In this document: positions 51,357-62,691 of the stretch, piece after piece | Layout of the letters: each line of letters starts with the position of its first letter | How positions within the stretch are numbered: position 1 is the stretch's first letter | DNA from: Macrostomum lignano | Lineage: Eukaryota | DNA length: 64,000 bases | NCBI GenBank assembly: GCA_002269645.1 | Contig: NIVC01000773.1 | Coordinates: forward strand, 124,001-188,000 | Direction of reading: 5' to 3' | Position numbers and translations under genes: made by a program | Notes under the pieces: model-generated | Databases searched by the model: none | Told to the model about the DNA's origin: nothing | What the model saw: only the letters and a program-made list of their open reading frames with translations

Positions 51357-51928
51357 TCAATCGTCAGCCTCGGTCACGGTGGTCTTCTCGCTAACGTAGA
51401 CGCCATCAAGGAATTTTCGGATGTCCTTGTTCTTCACGCAGCAGCACTGCTGGATTAGAGCGGCAGCGTGGCTGACGGCCTCGACATCATTGCCTTCAAG
51501 CTGGATCTCGTCCTTGACGCCAGTCTGGGACACGGTGACACCGCGCAGCATGTTCACCGTCCGATTGTTCTTCTCGCCGAGGAAGTTGCGAATCTCGATG
51601 GAGTCGCCGGCCTTGCTGATCACCATGTTGATGGGGAAGTGGGCGTACACGGACTTCATCTTGTAGCGGAAGCCGTAAGTGACGCCCTTGATCATGTTGC
51701 GCACGTGGTGATGACGGTGCGCACCGCGGCCAGCTCCTTGTGCACGCCGAACCACTTCTCCACGGTCAGTGTGCGCCCGTTCGGAGACACTTTGATGTCG
51801 AGCGACAGGTGGCGGAAAGAGCGGGACAGAGCGCCTCGCTTGCCCTTGACGCGAACCATGCGCGAGTTCGCGGTCACTGTGACACCCTCAGGGATCTTCA
51901 GGCTGAGCGAGGATTTTATCACCTTCAT
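51357..51928 (-). CDS. RPL9: 60S ribosomal protein L9 (uL6), uninterrupted CDS with one apparent -1 frameshift
   Basis: MKVIKSS...IPEGVTV...VKGKRGAL...VEKWFG...LAAVRTV + [27 protein letters not shown]...IRNFLGEK...[14 protein letters not shown]. One extra C near 51707 joins the frames (190 aa). Confidence 0.95.
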
Positions 51929-51974
51929 GATGACTGCTGCGGATGTAACATGAGGATGCTGAGTGAGGCTGTGT

Positions 51975-52992
51975 TATTCATACACACAAGGAACAGACCT
52001 CAAAACTCGTGAATATTGGCCATAAAAATGGTCTCTTACACAAGGAACAGACCTCAAAACTCATGTGAATATTGGCCTTAAAAATGGTCTCTTACACAAG
52101 GAACAGACCTCAAAACTCATGTGAATATTGGCCTTAAAAATGGTCTCTTACACAAGGAACAGACCTCAAAACTCATGTGAATATTGGCCTTAAAAATGGT
52201 CTCTTACACAAGGAACAGACGTCAAAACTCGTGAATATTGGCCATAAAAATGGTCTCTTACACAAGGAACAGACCTCAAAACTCATGTGAATATTGGCCA
52301 TAAAAATGGTCTCTTACACAAGGAACAGACCTCAAAACTCATGTGAATATTGGCCTTAAAAATGGTCTCTTACACAAGGAACAGACCTCAAAACTCATGT
52401 GAATATTGGCCATAAAAATGGTCTCTTACACAAGGAACAGACCTCAAAACTCATGTGAATATTGGCCTTAAAAATGGTCTCTTACACAAGGAACAGACCT
52501 CAAAACTCATGTGAATATTGGCCATAAAAATGGTCTCTTACACAAGGAACAGACCTCAAAACTCATGTGAATATTGGCCTTAAAAATGGTCTCTTACACA
52601 AGGAACAGACCTCAAAACTCATGTGAATATTGGCCATAAAAATGGTCTCTTACACAAGGAACAGACCTCAAAACTCATGTGAATATTGGCCTTAAAATAG
52701 TCTCTTACACAAGGAACAGACCTCAAAACTCGTGAATATTGGCCATAAAAATGGTCTCTTACACAAGGAACAGACCTCAAAACTCGTGAATATTGGCCTT
52801 AAAAATAGTCTCTTACACAAGGAACAGACCTCAAAACTCGTGAATATTGGCCATAAAGATGGTCTCTTACACAAGGAACAGACCTCAAAACTCGTGAATA
52901 TTGGCCTTAAAAATGGTCTCTTACACAAGGAACAGACCTCAAAACTCATGTGAATATTGGCCTTAAAAATGGTCTCTTACACAAGGAACAGA
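51975..52992. repeat. 56-bp (54-bp variant) satellite, ~18 copies
   Basis: CACAAGG recurs at 52039 and 52095; unit CACAAGGAACAGACCTCAAAACTCATGTGAATATTGGCCWTAAAAATGGTCTCTTA. Confidence 0.96.
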
Positions 52993-55309
52993 CCCTTATC
53001 CTTGACTAGGATTGATTATGAATATTAATCATAAATAATCACTATTTGAGCTAAGGCTATTAGTCAAATATGTCATGCCTATTTTGAATTTTTTGAATGC
53101 ATTTAGTTGAGCAAACGTTTTTAAAGAAAAAACTATGAGAAATAATTGAAGGATCTAATAAGGACAGTTTTTAATTTTAGCTACATACAGTGTTTTTGCT
53201 ACATCTTATATAGTATTTTATAGTATTTAAATATATTTTTTGAAATAGGCTATAAAAACATAAATGTTAATAAACCAAATTACAAACTAGGCTATCAATA
53301 TTATAAAATCCCTATTACTAAATGGCCATTAACCAAACCAAACATATTCCCTTTGTTATAGTATATTTGTAACTAGAGGCAAAGCAACTTGTCATCAAAA
53401 TGACTATTTGCCCAGGTGAAATTCATCCCAAAAATAAATGACATGTTCTGCATAAAAAGTAAAAAATTAAAAGTGCATGTGAATAAAAAACATGAAAATA
53501 AATTGGCACTGAAGGAGCTTTAGTAATTTAATATTAGTGCTAATATTACTATTGCTACATTTAATTCCAAAAATATATCATGTACTTTTCTGGCAAAAAT
53601 CCACTATTTTGTGCACGTCCTTTCTTGGTCAACATTTTTGTTTTACATGCTTGATGTATGAAATATATACTAGACTATTTGTCATTAAAATGTCTATTAT
53701 CAAAACAAAATGACTTGTTACTAAAACAACCAAAACCTATTTTGGGAATCCTATATAATTGCTAAGATAGAATTTTTGTGTGGTGATTTTAGATCAGAAA
53801 CTTGTGCAGAATTTTTTTATTCTAAAATGCATAAGTTTTTTATAGTATGACAATAAAGGACCTTTTTGGAAAGCCAATTGCCTCTTATTTGCAAAAAATT
53901 GTTTTATATGTCACAAGTAAAATATAAACCTTTTCAAATAAGTCATGCTAATTTCCAGTTTTTATTACATTAGATTATAATAAACAGTCTCACAGGCCCA
54001 GCATGAGGCATAACTGTTGGCCATGCACTGCGCACAACTTCCATGGTAGCCAAAAAATGTTCTTGTGTGGCCAGTGTATCCACGAGACTATGGTCAACAA
54101 TATGTATATAAGTATGCAAGTTTTTTGGTATAAGACCAAGATAGCCATATACCAAGATGGCTATAGCATCGAATCTCTATTATATCTAGTCTGTCTCTAC
54201 TATTTATTTGGAATATAATAGCTATTTTTGCAATAATTAGCCAAATATGTCTAATCAATTATATTTATAAAATATTAGTATAATATTAGATATATTATCT
54301 ATATTACAAAAACTTTAATGTTTTCAATGTTTGTCCCAATTTATTTCTTATCCTTACCTTAGGAATGTAGTACAAGTTTTTTTTAATAAACTACATGTAG
54401 CGTCTCTTTGCAATATACCTCAGCAGTCCCTTGTAAGCCTTGATATGTCAGTAATTCCCCCCACAAGCCTTAACATATCAACTTCCCCCTTGACATCTTA
54501 GCAATGCCTCCCATAAACCTTTAAATCTGAAGAATCCCCTGTCAACCTTGAAACCCCTTAAACCCAAAACCCAAACCTGACCTAAACCTAACTTTAATCC
54601 AACTCTAAAGCCTTAAAATTTCAGAAATTCTTCTTCCTTAAGCCTTGACATTTTCCCTCTAACATAATAATTCTAACATAACATAACAATTCCCTCTAAG
54701 CCTTGACATCATAGCAATTTGCAAATGAATCTTTCAACATTGACATGTCACTTCTTTTATGTCTACGTAGTGCTCCTTTTCTTTTTTACATGACTCTTCT
54801 TCTATCAGCACCCCCCATGTCGAGCCAACAAAGAATGTAATACAAAATTTGAGTATACTATATGTAGCTTCTGACTTTTACTTTGACATCTTAGAAATCC
54901 CCCCGTAATCATTTATATCTCAGTTATTCTCCGTGAGCCTTGACATACATGCGCAACAGTCAGCCAAGTCGGCCGATCCGGCCAACCAAGGAAGTTGCAA
55001 AAATGCCCACCTAAAAAACACAAAGTAGTAGTACTAAGTAGCTGACGAGGCATTTTGGCTTTTTAAGACAGTCATAGTTACTCCTGCCGTTTACCCAAAG
55101 TTGCGTTAATTTTGCTTTCAGGTTTTTTACATGTAAGTCACATTTTTGGCCAAAAACTATGTCGCATTTTTGTTAAAACTAAGTCGCACAGCCGATCAAA
55201 TTTTGGAGGTTGTGCATGTATGAGCCTTGATATCTTAGTATTCTCCCCAAGAGCCACAGTACAGTTTTATGCGACACTTCATTCAATTTTGATATGACAC
55301 TTCTTTTGA

Positions 55310-56185
55310 TTTTTACATAATATTTCTTTCATGTTTGACATTATGCTTCTTTTATTATTCTATGATGATGCTTCACTGATTTTTTACATAATGCTTCTAT
55401 GATTTTTTATATGACGCTTCTATGATTATTTACATGACACTTCTATGATTTTTATATGATACTTCACTGATTTTTTACACAATGCTTCTATGCTTTTTTA
55501 TATGACACTTCTATGATAGTTTACATGATGCTCTTATAATTTTACATGACGCTTCTATGATTGTTTACATGATGCTTCTATGATTCTTTACATGACACTT
55601 CCATGATTTTTTACATGATGCTTCCATGATTCTTTATATGATGCTTCCATGATTTTTTACATAATGCTTCTATGATTGTTTACATGATGCTTCACTGATT
55701 TTTTACATGATGCTTCTATGCTTTTTATATGATGCTTCTATGATTGTTTACATGATGCGTCTATAATTTTACATGACACTTCTATGATTGTTTGTATGAC
55801 GCTTCTATGATTCATTATATGACACTTCTATGATTGTTTACATGATGCTTTTATGATTCTTTACATAATGCTTCTATGATTCTTTATATGACACTTCCAT
55901 GATTTTTTATATGATGCTTCTATGATTTTTATATGATGTTATATAATTTTTACTTGATGCTTCTATGCTTTTTTCACAACATTTTTATGGTTCTTTATGA
56001 TGCTTCTATAATTTTTACATGACACTTCTATGCTTTTTTCATGATGCTTCTATGATTGTTTACATGATGCTTCTATGATTCTTTATATAATGCTTTTATG
56101 ATTGTTTACATGACACTTCTATGATTCTTTACATGATGTTTCTATAATTTTACATGACATTTCTATGATTTTTTTACATGATGCC
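55310..56185. repeat. Degenerate ~21-23-bp AT-rich minisatellite (CATGATGCTTCTATGATTTTTA)
   Basis: Direct inspection. Confidence 0.88.
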
Positions 56186-57340
56186 TTTAGTCCTTTATTA
56201 GTCCTTTATTAAAAGCTTTCAATAAAAAAAATTTCACTACCAAGATTTGAAGCTAGGTTATTGTATTTGCAGTCTAGTCTGTTCACATCTAGACTAAGGC
56301 TAGCTCTTATTGAATTTATAAATGAAATTGTAGCACTTATATAATTCAACACTCACTTACGAAGCAGATATGACATAATCAATTTTTTAGGCAAGTCAGT
56401 AATAGTCTCAATTTAAGTTGACAATATGGTTACATAATCTAAATCAAGTCTAGCGTTATATGCTTTTTCACTACATTTTCAACATTAATGCAATTCAATT
56501 CAGTGTCAAAATTTAGCTAATATACCATAGTCCAGAAGTTGGCCTTTAGACCAGAATTTTCTGGCGTATTTTTGCTCTCGCTGACAATCTTGGTGTACAC
56601 TTAGCGTATAGAATTTTCAGGTTCAATATAAAGTGTACACATTTGGCATACAAAAAATAGCCAAGTTCAAGGCTAATGTAATTATATAGTTAAATATCAA
56701 CCAACATTAAAGGCTCTTTAAAAATATTTGGAAACTAAAATAGAAAATATAAATGCAATCACAAGAAAATCAAAATTAAAACAAAGAATATCAGTTTTTA
56801 GCAAAAATAGCTGTTTTAAAGTTTAGTAAAGTTTTGAGTTCCTAAAAATATATATTTGTTAAAAATGGCATATAAACAATTTTAGTCTCGGTGTAAAAAT
56901 TTTATTTTATTTTACATCAACATAAAATTTAAAAAACATGAATTTTCATTCTAGCATACGCCTACCATGATCTGGACTATGGCTAATATACAATCACATA
57001 GACAATAAATAAAAAGCCTATTGTGATGCAATCTATTTCAGAATTAGAATTCAACCAGTCCATTTTTTGCATTCTTACAATGCATTTCAAATCAAAAGTA
57101 CTGCTTGACCTTTGCAAAAAAGCATGTTTATTGAATATTTAATCCCTTTAGCATTGAGGATTTATTAGCCAAGACATATGTATTGTCACGGGAAAATTTC
57201 TAATTAAACAGTGCAAGTATCATGAAAATTGGTTAAGCCATTTTTTCTCTAATCTATCATATAGATAGATACCTACTGACAAACCATTATATATATATGT
57301 ATTATATATATATTATATATATGTATATAATATATTTTTT

Positions 57341-58015
57341 GGCAATCTTCAAGTTTCATTCGTTAAATTATTTTTTCAATGATTTCTGAACTATCTTGCT
57401 CTGAGATGATTGTTTTTGAGCTCTCCAGTGTACCCAGCCTTTTCCTAGCTGAGAAAGTAGCAGCTTTGTTAATATTAACCTCTAACGTACCATAAAGCCG
57501 GAAATATACAGCCGGAAATATGAAGCTGGACATGGCTTAAGGTGACTCCTTTTGACCCCTTTTGGATGGACACCTGCGCATGGCAGTTGGTGCAAGCCCA
57601 AGTGTAGCCGTCAGTAAAGTGGTCACCTTGATGGAGCTGCAGCCAAAGTTGAGTGGCCGGACAATTGGCACACACTTGCTGGTTGGCAATTAGATGGTAT
57701 ATTTGGCCATCCAATTCATGGTATCCCTTGTTGTTGCCGTAATCACAGCCAGTTCCCGCATTGTCAAGGTGATGTCGCACAAAGCTGCAGCTGGTTGCAA
57801 TAAAAGTGGGTGCTACTGGTCATCCTGCCATAGTGTATTAGTCTTATAGTGTATTAGCTGAGCACTTGTCTATTAACTGCTTATGATATTACTCCATGCT
57901 AGGAAAGCTAGGAAAGGGCTGGGTACACTGGAGAGCTCAAAAATAATCATCTCAGAGCAAGATAGTTCAGAAATCATTGAAAAAATAATTTAACGAATGA
58001 AACTTGAAGATTGCC
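57341..58015 (-). mobile_element. Non-autonomous Merlin (IS1016-like) DNA transposon
   Basis: 110-bp TIRs (57341-57450, 57906-58015; 2 mismatches) starting GGCAATC; 8-bp TSD TATTTTTT on both sides; internal CANC...DGYTWACTNC..VSIQKGS resembles the Merlin N-terminal Zn ribbon. Confidence 0.88.
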
Positions 58016-59450
58016 TATTTTTTATATACATTAGATTTTGGCGAAAATGCAATCAAAATTGGTGACAAATTGCTTGCTCTAGAGCATTATGGACATTCAT
58101 TCATTCAAGCATACAAATATTAGAGATTTAGTATATTTAGATAGATTCTGGATCTGCAGAATAGCATAGGCCTAGCGATAGCAATACCTATTGCTATCTA
58201 TTGCCAATTACCTATTGCCAATACCCCAAATAAACATTGTAAAAAAGTAATACTAATATGAGTAGGTTGAATTGCTGTTATTTACTTTCCTTGCTATTGC
58301 TAGGCCTTGAAATTCGGGCCTTGAAAATTGATTGATAGCTTATATATATATAGAATAGGCCTAGCTAGAAACTATTCAGTGTTGCCCACTGGATTTAAAA
58401 TCTTTAAAAATTATGGGAAGATATGGGAAGATAAATAATTAAAATTAGCTATGGATAATGGATAGGCCTATGGATAAGGATAGACTACTAGAGCAGATCT
58501 GGATCGCCAGACAATGCTTCAATAGACCAGGGCCAGGCTAGGGTAGGGTAAGTAAATCATTTTTATTTTATGGTGAAAAGTTGTATAATCTACAGATAAA
58601 ACTAAAAGTGTCAATGAATAGGTCTGTGTAGTGTCACTCAATCTGGTTTATTTTAGATTTTCTCTTGGCTTAAATCAAATGCAAACCATGGTACCAAAAG
58701 TATTAAACTTATAGCCGGCCGCTCGAGCGCTCATCTGCTGTGTGGGGCGGACTAAACCAAACAAATAAAACTGTTAAAAAACTAAAAAGTAAGCTAAATT
58801 AAATAATAAACGTAAAACATATGTACATATTTGTATTTACGTACGATCAGTTTGGTCTGGAAAAAGGGTCACGATATAGTAGCTTTTAATAACATTTGTT
58901 TTAATGTTTAAAGTCGTTTAGCCTGCGTATTCAATTTGTGTCAAAGTCAGTCAAGCTCTTGCAGCGAAATTGCGTGGGTACATACAACATATACATATCT
59001 ATATTGTTTATAATTTTTTACTGATCTCAACGAAGAATTGATGACTGCTGGCCTTCTGGCAGAGAATTCACAATATGTAATGTACATTGTGCATTCACAG
59101 AGGCGTCCTAAAATATGCGAGCACCACATATTTCTGTGCAAAAATTGGTGTGCATTTATTTCAGAAAACAGTACCACATGTACATTACATTTAAAAGATT
59201 TTCAGCACTTTTCAGGGGCGTCGGAACCGCGCTCGGGGGGCACTAGCCCCCCCCTTTTAGCATGATCCTGCGTGTGCCCCTTTTTGAATTTTAAACAAGT
59301 GTTGGGGTTTTGGGCTTTGGCTTTTTTAGTCTTGGGAACTAAGGGTACAAGCTGGAGCGAGAGAGCACCGTTGCTATCCACACCCTTAGAGATCAATGTA
59401 CCCTCGTACATGTAATATTAAAATATTTTGTGGGCTTAGTGCTTTTAGTG

Positions 59451-59911
59451 CAGGGGTCGACAAACTTTTTGCCTCAATGGTCAGATTAAGAATCTAGTGC
59501 ATGACTGTGGGCCAGAGGAGAAGGAATAGAAAAGAGAAATAGGAGAAGCGATGGAATAAAGGAGAAGAGATAGTAGACGAAAGGAGAGATGAAATAGGAT
59601 CGAGGAGAGACGAAATAGAAGAGGAGAGATGAAATAGGAGAGAGAGAGGAGGGAAGAGAGAAGAAAATGGAGAGGAAAAGGGAGCTATGAGAGAAGAGGA
59701 GAAAGGTGAGGAGATGAGAGGAGAGGAGAGAGGAGAGGAGCGGAGAGAGGTGAGGAGATGAGAAGAGAGAGGTGAGACAAGAGAGCTGAGAAGAGACACA
59801 AACATCGAGCGGGTCGGATTGCTGTTGTGAAGATTCAAAGGATCCGAAGCCGGATAGAGAGGCTTTGCGGGCGCCGCATGTCGCCGGCGGGTCGGAGTTT
59901 GCCGACCCCTG
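59451..59911. mobile_element. Non-autonomous hAT element
   Basis: TIRs CAGGGGTCGACAAAC / GTTTGCCGACCCCTG; 8-bp TSD TTTTAGTG at 59443-59450 and 59912-59919. Confidence 0.9.
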
Positions 59912-60179
59912 TTTTAGTGTTAAGCCCTTTTATTTTACTCTGATCGACATTCCGAATCCGGAAAATTAACTAGTTGGTCTTGCCCTTGCAATTTTCATTC
60001 ATTTGGGGTACTTACTAAATAAATTAAGTTTGAATCAGTTTGAATCAGTTGAAAATTCGAACATTTTCAGACTTTGGCTACTTCCAACACAGAATCGAAT
60101 ATTGGCCTGGTTGTCATAATGTCACCGCATAATATACATATATTACATATACATAATATACGCCCTGCTTGGACTCAAC

Positions 60180-60624
60180 CGCGGGGACATCAGGGCGGTT
60201 ACCATGGCCCTCTCGGGTCATGGCTGCTTTGCCAGGCATCGTTACCTCCAGGAGAAAATCCGCAGTGAGGAATGCCCTTTCTGCCTCTCCGGTGTCGAGA
60301 ATGCGGAGCACTTCATCTGTGAATGCCCCGCCTTTACTCAGGACAGGCTCACCTACCTCGGCCCAAACCCGGACCTCTCCGACGTTTTCAGGCCCGAGAA
60401 TCTCTGCCAGCTCGTCCGCTACCTAAGGGCTACCGGGCGAGCGACAATCCACCTCCTGGACTCTCCGGAGGGGGACCGCGCTGCGGACGCCGGCGCCACC
60501 GGAACTCCCTGCGCGACACCGCAGCACTAGCTGCCCGTGGTCGCCAGGGGTTAGCGAAATGGGCGGCAACGCCTCCTCGCTGTTTCCGGACGCACGGAGC
60601 CCCCTGCAGCTAAGTCAGTAAGTC
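60180..60624 (+). mobile_element. 3' end of a non-LTR retrotransposon (C-terminal CCHC zinc knuckle + 3' UTR)
   Basis: LSGHGCFARH...ECPFCLSGVENAEHFICECPAF; ends CCCTGCAGCTAAGTCAGTAAGT. Confidence 0.85.
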
Positions 60625-61176
60625 ATACATAATATACATAACAGCAAGAGTTAGGGTGCCCTAGATTACAAAAACGTATGGGCAATGTGCCCTCCCACCA
60701 ATAGCCCCCCCCCCCACTTTGTATGTTCCGACACCGCTGGCACTTTTACATGTAAGAAAATTACGATGTTACATGTACATCATCGTGTTTGCAAAATATA
60801 CATTAGAAGTAAATAACGAATTGGGTTTATTAATGACTACAGTTAAATTTAAAAGTTATCAAAACTTAGAATGTCACTCTATATTTACTAAAAAAATTTC
60901 CCACAAAACTGCAAGTTTAAACACATCCCATTCAGGCATCCGGGTTCATGCGCACTCGTAGATTAAGTTCGTTCATCGCAAAGTACCTTTGTTTATACTA
61001 TAATCATAATGATTTATACAAAGACTTTAAAAAAATAAACTCGAAACCGAATCGGACTCTAATGCTACGGGTACTTGAACTGGACCGCTTGATCGCCATT
61101 TTTAGGCAGATGCATCGCATAGTCGTAGAAAGTACGTAAATGGATGTAGTTTATAACAAAAATTTGCCACCCGCGT

Positions 61177-62691
61177 TCATTCCTCCCGCAATTTGAACAT
61201 CAGTTTGTGCTCAGCCGGCGCTTTAACGGTGCCTGGCGTGCCTTCGAGAATTTCCGCCATTTTTGACGCTTCATCGTCGGGAAGCTCGATGCGAAATCGC
61301 TGAATGATGACTATGGCGAAGATGAAGAGTTCCATGCGAGCCAGGCTCTCGCCAAGGCAGGAGCGTTTGCCGATAGAGAACGGAATGACGCGTTCCGATG
61401 GCGCGAACTTGCCATTCGCGTCAATAAAGCGCTCAATGCGGAACTTTTCAGGCTCAGGAAATACTTCCGGGTCAGAGTGCAGCGCCTCAATGTTCGGCAT
61501 GACATTGCAGTTCTTCGGCACCAGATAACCGAATAGTTCGGTGTCCTCAATCGCTCGGTGCGCAACGCCGCCCGGTATGAGCGTATAAACTCGCTGCGAT
61601 TCCAACAAGAAGGCCTCGATCAGGGGCAGCCGAGACCGGTCCGACATGGTTGGCGGCCGGCCTCCCAGACAGTCTCGCACGTGCTTGAACAGCCGATCCT
61701 GCATCTGCTGATCCTTGGCGAGATGCAGCGCAGCCCATCGCAGACTATTCGAGGTAGTGTCCGTGCCGGCCATGAACAGGTCCGCAATGCTGACCTGGAG
61801 CTTCTTGTCGCCGTAGAACTCGGCAGCCTCGGAAGGATCGCGCTGCTCAATGCGGTTTCGCTCTGCCAGGTAAGCCTCAATGTAGTCCGCCGGCTCGTCG
61901 CTCAGGTTGTAAGCGGACCTTTTCTTCTCAATCTCATCCTGACAAAAGGTGAACATTTCGTCAAAAAGTTTGACGCTCTTCTTGACAGCTTCCATGCTCA
62001 TGAGGAAGTTCGGCGCGAGACTGGTGAGCAGAGGTACCAGCACACTCGATCGCAGGGTTGGATGGGACACCCCCTGCTGCGTTATCTTATTGATGAGGGC
62101 CAGCTTCTCATCGAAGGTTGGATCTTCTGTTGCTAAGCGTCTGCCAAATACCAGCATGCAAATGACGTTCGACACGGCCTTGCCGAACGGGTTTCCCGTG
62201 CTGACCGGCTGTCCCCGCGTCTCCTCGAGCGCCACCGCCAGCTCGAGCGCCTCTTTGACGATGCTGTCCTCGGACCCAATCTTGCCGAAGCCGCAGTCCC
62301 GCAGCACCTGCAGGCTGAATCTGCGATGCCGTTTCCAGCTGGGCCCGTCAGTCATGACCAGGCCGCTGTTTCCCATGACCCGAGTGGAGAAAATGTGCCT
62401 AGGCCGTCCGGAGAACAAGGCCCCCTGCGTGACGAATGCTTCTTTCACTGCTTCGTAGGTGTTGAGAAAGACGACCTGGCGACCATTCAACTGGAAACTG
62501 CACACCGCTCCGTACCGCTGCTTGGCCTGGCGCAGCCAGTTGCGCAATGGAAACTTCATGAATGGGAAGCTGCCGAGAACCGGCACCACGGGCGGGCCCG
62601 GCGGCAGGCGGCGCTGCCCACTCATGTAGCTGATTAACCAGCCAACTGCCAGCACGGCTAGCAGGCCAACTGTAATGCTGAGTAAATCCAT
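61177..62691 (-). CDS. Cytochrome P450, CYP2 clan, intronless, 504 aa
   Basis: N-terminal TM anchor, LPPGPPVVP, WKRHRRF, AGTDTTSNSLRW, ESQR, FRIERF, PFSIGKRSCLGESLARMELF. Confidence 0.95.
   Translation of the reverse strand: MDLLSITVGLLAVLAVGWLISYMSGQRRLPPGPPVVPVLGSFPFMKFPLRNWLRQAKQRYGAVCSFQLNGRQVVFLNTYEAVKEAFVTQGALFSGRPRHIFSTRVMGNSGLVMTDGPSWKRHRRFSLQVLRDCGFGKIGSEDSIVKEALELAVALEETRGQPVSTGNPFGKAVSNVICMLVFGRRLATEDPTFDEKLALINKITQQGVSHPTLRSSVLVPLLTSLAPNFLMSMEAVKKSVKLFDEMFTFCQDEIEKKRSAYNLSDEPADYIEAYLAERNRIEQRDPSEAAEFYGDKKLQVSIADLFMAGTDTTSNSLRWAALHLAKDQQMQDRLFKHVRDCLGGRPPTMSDRSRLPLIEAFLLESQRVYTLIPGGVAHRAIEDTELFGYLVPKNCNVMPNIEALHSDPEVFPEPEKFRIERFIDANGKFAPSERVIPFSIGKRSCLGESLARMELFIFAIVIIQRFRIELPDDEASKMAEILEGTPGTVKAPAEHKLMFKLREE

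Noticed and set aside
51357-51928. RPL9, ATG4 and GPCR as pseudogenes or programmed frameshifts
   Set aside because: Each has only homopolymer-type -1 lesions with otherwise intact frames and motifs; sequencing error is more parsimonious pending read checks.
54555-54600. AAACCC/CCCTAA-like telomeric seed
   Set aside because: Too short and irregular.
61304-62637. Plus-strand ORFs overlapping the P450 (and similar shadows over ARF, RPL9 and ATG4)
   Set aside because: Antisense shadows of GC-rich coding sequence.
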